This document shows, piece by piece, positions 25,679-34,277 of a DNA stretch of 64,000 bases. Every line of letters starts with the position of its first letter. Position 1 is the first letter of the stretch. Made by a program: the position numbers and the translations under genes. The DNA is taken from positions 32,421-96,420 of the forward strand of contig JAAXUC010000004.1 of assembly GCA_013336225.1 (NCBI GenBank), given 5' to 3'. This stretch comes from Candidatus Moraniibacteriota bacterium (GTDB lineage Bacteria; Patescibacteriota; Minisyncoccia; Moranbacterales; GWC2-37-73). The notes beneath the pieces were generated by a model. The model had not been told where the DNA came from, ran no database searches, and worked only from the letters and a program-made list of their open reading frames with translations.

Positions 25679-26707
25679 ATGCTTATTGAATCAAAAATTA
25701 TTGGTATAAATATTAAAAAGCAAAGGCTTTTGAATAAGATGTCACAAGTTGATGTTGGAAATCTTTTAAGTACTACAAAATCTTATATATGTAGCTTGGA
25801 GCGTGGTAATAGGAACCCTTCTTTGAAAACTTTAAAAAAAATAGCACTTATCTTCAATGTACCCGTAGAAATTCTTTTGAGGGGTAATGATATAGCTGAT
25901 TCAAAATATCAAAAGATAAGGGATGATAAATTTCAGCAATTTGAGAAGAAGATAAAAAATTGGAATATTACTTCACAGAAAAAATGGTGCAATTTTTTCA
26001 TCGATGAAGAAAGTATGTTTTTCAATAAAAATAGAATTAATCAGATAAAGACTATAGTGAAAAGATATGCTGATAATAAAAACTTATCAGTTATAGATTC
26101 GTCATGTGGAACTGGAAGACTTACGGAATTACTTGCAAAAGATGGCTTTAAAAAAATATATGGAATTGATGCCAATCCATATGTTGTAGAGATAGCAAGA
26201 GAGCAAGCAATACAAAAAGCATTAATGATAAACTATGATATATCTATTCCGCCAAGTTTTGAAAAAAAAGTATTTGATGTGGTTTTTAACATAGGAACAT
26301 CGATAGGGTATTTGCAAAGTGAGGAGGATAATTTTGAGAATATCAGAAGAATAAGTTGTTTAGTCAGTAGGGGTGGAAAAATAATAATTGAGGCAGTTAA
26401 TCCTATTGGGATATTGCGTAATTTTAGTTCAAGCGAAACACTTAAATTGGATGGAAAGAAGCGATCATATCAACGTTTTTTTGATGTAAGGAGTTCAACA
26501 AGTATTGAAAATGTTATTGATACTTATGATAATAAAAAACAAATTGAATATTTTAGCAGTATTCGATTATTTTTTCCCCACGAATTAATATCTATTTTTT
26601 TGAATAGTGGGTTTATTTTAGTTGATCTGCTTGATAATAATTTAACCAGGAAAAATACCGTTAATTCACCTAGGCTATGGTATATTTTTCAGAAAAAAAA
26701 TGTTTAA
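25679..26707 (+). CDS. HTH-XRE (Cro/C1-type) DNA-binding domain fused to a class I SAM-dependent methyltransferase domain
   Basis: N-terminus QVDVGNLLSTTKSYICSLERGNRNPSLKTLKKIALIFNVPVEILL = XRE HTH; C-terminal motif I VIDSSCGTGRLT, post-I GIDANP, motif II FDVVFN. Confidence 0.7.
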   Translation: MLIESKIIGINIKKQRLLNKMSQVDVGNLLSTTKSYICSLERGNRNPSLKTLKKIALIFNVPVEILLRGNDIADSKYQKIRDDKFQQFEKKIKNWNITSQKKWCNFFIDEESMFFNKNRINQIKTIVKRYADNKNLSVIDSSCGTGRLTELLAKDGFKKIYGIDANPYVVEIAREQAIQKALMINYDISIPPSFEKKVFDVVFNIGTSIGYLQSEEDNFENIRRISCLVSRGGKIIIEAVNPIGILRNFSSSETLKLDGKKRSYQRFFDVRSSTSIENVIDTYDNKKQIEYFSSIRLFFPHELISIFLNSGFILVDLLDNNLTRKNTVNSPRLWYIFQKKNV

Positions 26708-27797
26708 TTTTATTGGTAAAATGCAATTTCATCAGAATAAAATAAATTCTCTCCTTGAGGATAGAATTGAAAATTCACTAACTACTGTCTTTATTGATCT
26801 GGTTAGCGGTGTTTGTAATCATAAGTGTGTGTTTTGTGATGGAAATTTTAATCCAATAAAAAAGCTAATTTTTTCCAAGAGTAAGTTGCTTGAAATAGCT
26901 AATGATCTTGGTGATATGAATGTTGATTCCGTGATTATGGTTGGCGAGGGTGGAGAATCATTATTGAATCCCAATTTTTGTTTTTTTTCAAAGAAATTGT
27001 TGGATAAAAAAATTCATCTTGGAATGTATACGAACGGTGGCATGTTGAATAAGAAAAATCTCGGTGTTATTTCAAGGTTTGATTTTATTAGAATTTCTTT
27101 GGACTCTGGATCATCGATAACTCATCAGCAAGTGCATGGGTATGAGGATAGAGATGATTTTAATAAGATATTTGAATCAATTGAATATTTAAGAAAAAGA
27201 AGCAAAATACAAATAGGATCATCATTCTTGCTATTACCACAGAACGTAGATGATTTATATGAGGCTGCAAAGAGATTAAAGGAGGCTGGTGCGAATTATA
27301 TAGAGGTTAGGCCAGCATATTTAAGGGATTACGGCTTTGATTTAAAGGCTTTTAAATCGATAAAGGATCGTTTCTTATACCAATTGGATAAAATGGACGT
27401 CCTAAATGATGATAGCTTTAAGGTGATTATTAATAATCAGTTAAAGGAGATAATTAAAAATAAAAAAACAATTCGTGGTGATGTTACAAGGTTGAAAAGA
27501 TCAAGAAATTGTTTAACTTGTAGGTTGAGATTAGTTGTGAGTCCAACGGGATGTTATATTTGTCCACCAAATAGAAGTAAAGAAGATTTTCGCATAGGTG
27601 ATATTTGGAATAATCCTTTACGTAGCATTTGGAATAATAGGGAACATTTGGATAAGATTAATAAAAAATGTGATTTAAAATGTCCTTACCATAAGCAAAA
27701 TAATTTTTTAATTAAATTAAAGAAAAATAATTTAATTTTTGATGATAAGTGCTTGCTGCCAGCTGGCAAATTAATTACTCAGAAAAATTTTCTATAA
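26700..27797 (+). CDS. radical SAM enzyme with C-terminal SPASM/twitch-like Cys-rich domain
   Basis: CX3CX2C (VSGVCNHKCVFCDG); C-terminal CLTCRLRL...GCYICPP...GDIWNNPLRSIWNN...CDLKCPYH resembles SPASM auxiliary-cluster motifs; overlaps the upstream gene by 8 nt. Confidence 0.8.
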   Translation: MFNFIGKMQFHQNKINSLLEDRIENSLTTVFIDLVSGVCNHKCVFCDGNFNPIKKLIFSKSKLLEIANDLGDMNVDSVIMVGEGGESLLNPNFCFFSKKLLDKKIHLGMYTNGGMLNKKNLGVISRFDFIRISLDSGSSITHQQVHGYEDRDDFNKIFESIEYLRKRSKIQIGSSFLLLPQNVDDLYEAAKRLKEAGANYIEVRPAYLRDYGFDLKAFKSIKDRFLYQLDKMDVLNDDSFKVIINNQLKEIIKNKKTIRGDVTRLKRSRNCLTCRLRLVVSPTGCYICPPNRSKEDFRIGDIWNNPLRSIWNNREHLDKINKKCDLKCPYHKQNNFLIKLKKNNLIFDDKCLLPAGKLITQKNFL

Positions 27798-27801
27798 AAA
27801 T

Positions 27802-28899
27802 ATGATAAAACCTATAAACTTTACAAAATATTATAAAGAAATTTTATCAGAATTGATGCTAGCATTTAGCGAGTTTATTTTAAGTGGGCAATATATCGGA
27901 GGTAAATTGGTGGAAAAATTTGAAGATAAAGTTAAAAAATATTTGGGTGCTAAACATGCAATAGGATGTAAGAGCGGAACACATGCTCTTCAGCTTGCGC
28001 TTTTAGCTGCTGGTGTTGAGAAAGGTGATGAAGTTATTACGGTTGCTAATACATATTACGCAACGGTATATGCAATTACTGCTGTAGGAGCAACGCCAAT
28101 TTTTTGTGATATTTTACCAGAAAATGGGCAAATTGATCATAATAAAATTGAAGCTAAAATTACTAAAAAAACAAAGGTTATTTTGCCAGTTCATTTGTAT
28201 GGGATACCTGTTAATTTGGGGGAAATTAGAAAAATTTGCAAAAAATATAAGTTAATATTAATTGAGGATTGTTCTCATGCATTTGGAACAAGGTTAAATG
28301 GTGAATATATAGGAAGTGATTCAGATTTTGGATGCTTTAGTATGTATCCAACAAAAAATCTCGGTGCTTTTGGTGATGCTGGATTTATAACAACAAAAAA
28401 TAAGAAATATGAAAGCAAGATTCGCGAATTGATTTATTTGACAGATGCTAAGCGGGTAAAATTTAATCCAAAAGCTATTCATGCTATGCTGGATCCTCTT
28501 CAGGCAGCCTTGCTTTTGGTAATGCTAGATAAGATGGATCAAGCACGCAAAGATAGAATTGAGAGAGCGGATGAATATAGGAAAAATCTAGAGGAATATA
28601 TCAGGATAAGTAAGGTTGGAAGTGATAGTGTTGTGAATCCTCACATGTTCCCAATTTTTATTAAAAATAGGAACAAGTTGATAAAATTTTTGGCAGATTC
28701 CTCTGTGCATGTGCAAGTTCATTATCCAACCAATCTGCATTGTCTGTCACAGTTTGGATCATACGCCAAAGGGTATCTCCCAGAAACGGAGAGGCACAAT
28801 AGAGAAGAGGTCAGTCTTTCTGTTCATCCATCTGTTTCAATATCTGAAGTTAAGAAAATATGTAAATTAATTAAGCAGTATGTCGAAATTAACAAATAG
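27802..28899 (+). CDS. DegT/DnrJ/EryC1/StrS-family PLP-dependent (sugar) aminotransferase
   Basis: Family N-terminus GGKLVEKFEDKVKKYLGAKHAIGCKSGTHALQLAL; PLP-Lys motif FSMYPTKNLGAFGDAGFI. Confidence 0.8.
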   Translation: MIKPINFTKYYKEILSELMLAFSEFILSGQYIGGKLVEKFEDKVKKYLGAKHAIGCKSGTHALQLALLAAGVEKGDEVITVANTYYATVYAITAVGATPIFCDILPENGQIDHNKIEAKITKKTKVILPVHLYGIPVNLGEIRKICKKYKLILIEDCSHAFGTRLNGEYIGSDSDFGCFSMYPTKNLGAFGDAGFITTKNKKYESKIRELIYLTDAKRVKFNPKAIHAMLDPLQAALLLVMLDKMDQARKDRIERADEYRKNLEEYIRISKVGSDSVVNPHMFPIFIKNRNKLIKFLADSSVHVQVHYPTNLHCLSQFGSYAKGYLPETERHNREEVSLSVHPSVSISEVKKICKLIKQYVEINK

Positions 28900-29884
28900 A
28901 AAGAAAATTGTTGTTTTGGTTCTTGGATTTAGGGCGCTTTCTTTTATTAAGAAGGGTTATTTAGCGTCAATTATTAAGGCTGCCGATAAAATAAAAAATG
29001 CAAAAGTTGATATTGTTTATCTTGATAATTATTCAAGAGATGGATCAGTACCATACATCATGAAAAATTATAAAAATATCGATCTATTATCTGCGACTGA
29101 AAATTATTTTTACTGTAAGGGTGTAAATGTCGGTTTGCAATTTTCATATCAAAAATATAGACCAGATTACTTTATGCTTGTAGATGCTGATAATCCATGT
29201 GAAGAGAGCGCTTATGGTAAGTTGATTGATTTTGCAAATAAAAATGCAAAAGTGGGAATTGTTCAGCCGCTAGTTAAGGGTCTAAGTGATTCAAATAGAG
29301 TATATTCATGTGGGCACGTATATGAAAATGGTATTTCATGTAGGCCATTAAGAGAAATCCCAAAAAACAAAAAAATATTATTAAATCTTCAAAGTTGTTC
29401 AATATCATCAACACTTGTCAAAACAAAGGTTTTTGAAAAATGTGGTTTGCTTGATCCTATTTTCAAGATTTATTATGAAAGTAGCGACTTATCATTCAGA
29501 GCAAGAAAAGCGGGCTTCTTGTGTGCTTGCCATGTTGAGGCTGTGTGTTTTAATGAGGGTGCAAAAGTTTCAAAAACTGATAATTTTCATGAGGGTTATT
29601 TTAGAAATAGAAACAATTTAATTTTCTGGAAAAAACATGATAATGAAAAATATGAAATTTTAAAAAAGATATATCAAGAAAGGCATAAGCAATTAAATGT
29701 AAAATTGGCTAATTTGAAATATGTCACAGACATGGAAGAGGAGAGTGAGCGAAGGGGGATTGAGGACGGCATAAAAATTACTAAAAAAATGGTTGCAGGT
29801 ATCAAGAATGAAGAGAGGATAGATAAATTTGATAAAACTGATGCTATTGTGATTCAGGAAGCATGCAAAAATAATGAAAAATAA
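28880..29884 (+). CDS. family 2 glycosyltransferase
   Basis: GT2 motifs DIVYLDNYSRDGS, DxD (LVDADN), and YESSDLSFRARKAGF (ED-DLS-R-R-AG). Confidence 0.65.
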   Translation: MSKLTNRKKIVVLVLGFRALSFIKKGYLASIIKAADKIKNAKVDIVYLDNYSRDGSVPYIMKNYKNIDLLSATENYFYCKGVNVGLQFSYQKYRPDYFMLVDADNPCEESAYGKLIDFANKNAKVGIVQPLVKGLSDSNRVYSCGHVYENGISCRPLREIPKNKKILLNLQSCSISSTLVKTKVFEKCGLLDPIFKIYYESSDLSFRARKAGFLCACHVEAVCFNEGAKVSKTDNFHEGYFRNRNNLIFWKKHDNEKYEILKKIYQERHKQLNVKLANLKYVTDMEEESERRGIEDGIKITKKMVAGIKNEERIDKFDKTDAIVIQEACKNNEK

Positions 29885-32150
29885 CATGTCAAAATCATTT
29901 CATCTTTTCTTATTGAAATTTTTCTATTCCATGTTATGCATTAAGGATTATTTCATGATGGGTTTTGAAATCAAAAAGCTTAAGAAGATAGCCAGCAAAT
30001 CAGTAGACACATTGCAATTTAATGATAAATTGAATGAAAATATCGTTGTTGGTGTGGACGAAAAAGAAGGATATTATATTGATTCAAAAAAGCCATCTTA
30101 TTACAAGAAGCACTTTAATGATTTTTTTCATAATGATTTGTATGGTAAATATAGATCAGATGAAAATATTATTTTAAGTACTGGTGCTCTTAATCAGGAT
30201 GAATTTTGTCTTCCGCGTTCGTTGAAATTTGCCATAAGCTATGCTCTTACGAGAAATTGGTATGGTTATTCTTGCAGCTTAGGTAGGGAATCAGCTCGCT
30301 TGGCTATAGCTGATCTGGAAAACCATAAAATTAATAGCAATATCTACAATGAAAATAATGTAGCATTGATACAGGGTGTTACGGCCGGATTATTTCACTT
30401 ATTATCATTTTTGAAAGAGAGAGAGGAAGATGGTAACTTCGGCATTTTGACGCATTATCCAACTTACGTGCCTTTTGCAGCAACTTGCGAAAAAATCGCA
30501 CCCACAAAAATAATAAATTTTTTTGGTGATAAAAAATTTAGCATCGAAGCGTTTAAGCGAAATATAGATAAAACAACAAAGGTGATTTTATTGCTTGGAG
30601 ATTTTAATCCATTAGGAAAACTTATGGATGTTTCTTTTGTTAATGAATTGATTGATATTTGTGATGAGAAGTCGATATATCTTATTATTGATGAGGCTGG
30701 TTCAAAATATCCGGAAAATAATTGGAATAATTTGAAAAATAGTGATTTCTTAATCAGGATGGATAGCTTATCTAAAAAAGTTTCAGTTCCTGGTATGAAA
30801 TTGGGATATTTTATTGCAAATGAGGAGATAATCTCTGAATTTTATGAGCGAGCATCAACAACCTATGGTGGCCCATCATCTTTTTTTTACATCCTACAAG
30901 AACTTGATGCAAGGTTCGATCTTTTTTTCCGCAAGGGTTTGCTTAAGATTGGATCAGGAGAGTTGGCATTATTTGATAAAAATTACAATCTAGGATTATT
31001 TTTTTTGAATATTCTCTATGGTCAATATATTAAAAATAAACATTTTTTTGAGTTAAAAATAAAACAGCATCGCAGTATCGTTATTGATAAGCTTATCAGT
31101 CATCATCCTCAATTGGTGAAAAAAATAATCATGCCAGAAACTGGTATTAATATTTTTTTGCAATTAGATGTCGATTACGGCAGTTATGAATTTTTCAGAA
31201 AATTGATAGTTGAAAAAAGGACAGCAGTTTTTCCGGGACTTTGTTCTGCTACAGATAAAGAATGCTGGATAAGAATAACATGTGGTGTTGATAAAAAAAC
31301 TTTGCAAACTGGTTTGGATAATTTGGTTGATTTTCTTAAGACTGAGTGGATCAAGAAACAAATACAAAAAGAGCCATTTTTTGAAAAATTACTTCTTGAT
31401 TTTGGTCAGTATGGGAGTTATGGTTACTTGTCATTTTTTGAACACATTTATGATGTTCAAAAAAATGGAATGAAAATATTGGATATTTTTGAGCTGAAAA
31501 CTAGAAGAAAGTTGGATCGTGATTTACTTAGGGAGGTGATATTTTGTCATGATGCTGGGAAAGTTGTGAGTGTGATAGTGTTTCGAATTATGAGAATTTT
31601 GCAACTTCAAAAAAAATATGGAAAAATCCCATTTTCAGTTTTTTCTAAATTGAGAGACGAGGATTTACTGTTTTTGCGAAAGGAAATAGTGGATTGTTTT
31701 GTTTTTACAAAAGAATATTTTTACGAAATGTTTCCATTTTTGCATGATTATTCTGAATTAATGAATTTAGATAGTGATAAATATCTTAAAGATACCGTCT
31801 TTACTGAGAAGATGCTTCAGCTTGCTCTGGATAAATATCCAAATTATGAGAAAAAAATAGAAGAAATGAAATTTATAATATTGAACAATTCCGCAAAAAT
31901 TAATATCAATAATTTAATGATTGGATATAATCCGTATATTTTCATTTTGGATTTTGCAGATAAAATTGCTGATTATAATCTTCCAGAAGAACCAACTCTG
32001 GCAAAAATAGATGAACTTTTGAGAAAAAAGAAAAAATATGTAATTAAACGATATTGTCATAATAATCGATCCATGGAAGCTATTGTCCATTGCGAGTTTA
32101 GTCATCTGTATGAGCTAATTAGGGAATCAAGAGTTTTTCATAAATGTTAA
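29874..32150 (+). CDS. fusion protein: class I/II PLP aminotransferase domain + C-terminal putative HD-type phosphohydrolase domain
   Basis: Aminotransferase PLP-Lys motif SLSKKVSVPGMKLGYFIAN (cf. SFSKxxxxxGxRxGY); C-terminal H...HDAGK (FEHIYD...VIFCHDAGKV) resembles HD-domain motifs I and II. Confidence 0.55.
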   Translation: MKNNMSKSFHLFLLKFFYSMLCIKDYFMMGFEIKKLKKIASKSVDTLQFNDKLNENIVVGVDEKEGYYIDSKKPSYYKKHFNDFFHNDLYGKYRSDENIILSTGALNQDEFCLPRSLKFAISYALTRNWYGYSCSLGRESARLAIADLENHKINSNIYNENNVALIQGVTAGLFHLLSFLKEREEDGNFGILTHYPTYVPFAATCEKIAPTKIINFFGDKKFSIEAFKRNIDKTTKVILLLGDFNPLGKLMDVSFVNELIDICDEKSIYLIIDEAGSKYPENNWNNLKNSDFLIRMDSLSKKVSVPGMKLGYFIANEEIISEFYERASTTYGGPSSFFYILQELDARFDLFFRKGLLKIGSGELALFDKNYNLGLFFLNILYGQYIKNKHFFELKIKQHRSIVIDKLISHHPQLVKKIIMPETGINIFLQLDVDYGSYEFFRKLIVEKRTAVFPGLCSATDKECWIRITCGVDKKTLQTGLDNLVDFLKTEWIKKQIQKEPFFEKLLLDFGQYGSYGYLSFFEHIYDVQKNGMKILDIFELKTRRKLDRDLLREVIFCHDAGKVVSVIVFRIMRILQLQKKYGKIPFSVFSKLRDEDLLFLRKEIVDCFVFTKEYFYEMFPFLHDYSELMNLDSDKYLKDTVFTEKMLQLALDKYPNYEKKIEEMKFIILNNSAKININNLMIGYNPYIFILDFADKIADYNLPEEPTLAKIDELLRKKKKYVIKRYCHNNRSMEAIVHCEFSHLYELIRESRVFHKC

Positions 32151-32166
32151 TATAATTTTAAAAAGT

Positions 32167-32748
32167 ATGATCAAGATGGAATATTTTATTAAAAAAATTG
32201 TTGATATATTAAGCAAAAAAGGCTTGGAAGATAAGGAAATTTCCAATATCATGCTTACTTCCAATGAAACACTTATTAATGAGATAGCTGATGTCATTTT
32301 TGATTTTATGAATCGTGGAAAAAAAATAATATACAATGTGCAAGTTGATTATTCTAAAAATGTGGAGGAGATGGTTGAGATTACAATGCATGAATGGGCT
32401 AATGAAGACATCACCTCGGAACATTTCCTTAATATCAGGGGTAAATCCGCAGAAGTGAGTGTTGAGCTTATACATTTCAATCGAAGCATCCTAAGCGATG
32501 ATGCACTTCTTGAGATGAGTGCTATGGGTTATCGTGCGGCTAATATGCAGGAATTCTTGGCATTTGGTGCGAAATATCCTGATCTGCAACGCAAATTTCC
32601 AATTGTGGGATTGGGGTCAGTTTGGCACAGTGAAGACAGTCATCTTGTTGCATATATGAGCTGGGGAGCTTCTGGCCGTTACCTCCATTTGTGGCATCTT
32701 GATCTTGTTTGGGGTGACGGTTGTCGTTTTGCTGCCGTTAAAGAATAA
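32167..32748 (+). CDS. hypothetical protein (193 aa), last gene of the AT-rich operon
   Basis: No motif recognised; distinctive HLWHLDLVWGDGC C-terminus. Confidence 0.35.
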   Translation: MIKMEYFIKKIVDILSKKGLEDKEISNIMLTSNETLINEIADVIFDFMNRGKKIIYNVQVDYSKNVEEMVEITMHEWANEDITSEHFLNIRGKSAEVSVELIHFNRSILSDDALLEMSAMGYRAANMQEFLAFGAKYPDLQRKFPIVGLGSVWHSEDSHLVAYMSWGASGRYLHLWHLDLVWGDGCRFAAVKE

Positions 32749-32838
32749 TTATTTTTAATGGCATATGAGGTTGTGGATATTCTGAAAAGGTAATATATAT
32801 TGAAAGCAGAATAAATCAAAAAGAAAGGGGGTGATGAT

Positions 32839-32985
32839 ATGCTAGATGGAAATCCTTGGGTTGGGGCAGCTATGAGTGGACACTACAATTACAAAGAAGC
32901 AGCGCCTATGTTTATATTTGCTGTAGTTATTGTTTGTGTGTTGCTTGTTATTGGTGTGGTAGTTTTTTTAAAAGAAAGAAAATAA
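32839..32985 (+). CDS. small membrane peptide (48 aa: MLDGNPWVGAAMSGHYNYKEAAPMFIFAVVIVCVLLVIGVVVFLKERK)
   Basis: Below the ORF-track cutoff. SD aaagaaagggggtga identical to the 13060 ORF leader. Single TM helix followed by KERK; hairpins follow (32990-33015 and 33079-33122). Confidence 0.5.
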   Translation: MLDGNPWVGAAMSGHYNYKEAAPMFIFAVVIVCVLLVIGVVVFLKERK

Positions 32986-33078
32986 CTATTATTATCATCT
33001 TTGATGATAATAATAAGGCAGTAGGCCCTTGTTGACAGTGATGGGTGAAAATTATTATTGCGCTGCATTTTGAAAAAT

Positions 33079-33122
33079 TGAAAACCGATATTTGGCTATT
33101 ATGCAAAATATCGGTTTTATTT
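33079..33122 (+). terminator. rho-independent terminator (gaaaaccgatattt-ggctattatgca-aaatatcggttttatttttt)
   Basis: 14-bp stem plus T-run; closes the AT-rich operon. Confidence 0.6.
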
Positions 33123-33138
33123 TTTCATATTGCATGGG

Positions 33139-33167
33139 TTGCTTTTTTTGCTGATGCTGGATATAAT
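33139..33167 (+). promoter_or_regulatory. candidate promoter (TTGCTT -17- TATAAT) for ispH
   Basis: Hexamers at 33139-33144 and 33162-33167. Confidence 0.45.
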
Positions 33168-33196
33168 TGGGCGAATAAGCAGTGTCGAAAAAAATA

Positions 33197-34069
33197 ATGA
33201 AAATTACATTAAGTGCGTATGCTGGTTTTTGCGAAGGTGTGGAGCGGGCATATGATATTGTGGAAAAAATCGCCAAAGACCCGCTGGTAAAGCGGCCTAT
33301 TTTTGTGTTGGGCTCCTTGGTGCATAACGACGATGTGGTGCAGCGAATTGAGGACATGGGTGTCAGGAAAGTGCACGTGGAAGGTCCACTGGAAGAGTTC
33401 TTTGAGAAAATAAAAGGGGAGGTGGGAACTTTGGTCATCACGGCTCATGGCATTGGACCAAAAATATATGAGTTGGCCAAAAAATATGAAGTTGATTTGG
33501 TAGACACAACTTGTCCGCGCGTTATCAAGGTGCAAAGATTGGCCAAAGCTTTTTTTGATCGCAATACACAAATTGTGATTATTGGCGAAAGAAATCATAA
33601 GGAAGTTAAGGGAATTTATGAATGGGCCAATAAGCAAGCAATTTTCATTGAAACTGATGAAGATCTTTGTGGTTTCGATGTTGATCCAAAAAAGAAATTG
33701 GCAGTGATTTCTCAGACCACACAAGATCAGGAATTTGTCGATCGCGCAGCTGCGCAAATTTCCAAAAAATATCCGCACGCCCAAGTGGTGGATTCAATTT
33801 GCCTCACCACTCATCATCGTCAAACCGAAATCAAGCAGCTTGCCAAAGAAAATGATGTGGTAATTGCGATTGGTTCGCCTGAAAGTGCCAATTCCACGCG
33901 TCTTTGGGAAATTGCTCAAAGGGTTAATCCTTCCTCATATTTCATTCAGCGGGCGGCTGATCTTGAAAATGCTTGGTTTCTTGATTGCAAAAGTGTGGCA
34001 GTTACTGCGGGTGCAAGTACGCCAAAATGGATTATAGATGAGGTTATAAACAGATTGGAGACCTTATAG
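33197..34069 (+). CDS. ispH: 4-hydroxy-3-methylbut-2-enyl diphosphate reductase (IspH/LytB)
   Basis: MKITLSAYAGFCEGVERA (cf. MKIxLAxPRGFCAGVDRA) and conserved Cys/His positions. ATG 33197 is preferred over the GTG at 33182. Confidence 0.8.
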   Translation: MKITLSAYAGFCEGVERAYDIVEKIAKDPLVKRPIFVLGSLVHNDDVVQRIEDMGVRKVHVEGPLEEFFEKIKGEVGTLVITAHGIGPKIYELAKKYEVDLVDTTCPRVIKVQRLAKAFFDRNTQIVIIGERNHKEVKGIYEWANKQAIFIETDEDLCGFDVDPKKKLAVISQTTQDQEFVDRAAAQISKKYPHAQVVDSICLTTHHRQTEIKQLAKENDVVIAIGSPESANSTRLWEIAQRVNPSSYFIQRAADLENAWFLDCKSVAVTAGASTPKWIIDEVINRLETL

Positions 34070-34118
34070 TGTTTACTGTCGTATTTGGGTTTTCGTGTTT
34101 TATATTACTTCTAATTTT

Positions 34119-34200
34119 GAATCAAATCTGAATGACATAATGTTTAAAAATTAAAACATTAAAAATTCATTCAAAATTCAAAATTGGAAATTCAAAATTT
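34119..34200. repeat. conserved AT-rich intergenic element (aatcaaatctgaatgacataatgtttaaaaattaaaacattaaaaattcattc + aaaattc repeats)
   Basis: Near-identical core to 1625-1680 and 60241-60288. Confidence 0.6.
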
Positions 34201-34277
34201 CCCTGTAGTGGCTTGATATTTATTACTATCTTAGATATACTGGATATATTGAAAAATCATAATAAAATGTAAAGATT

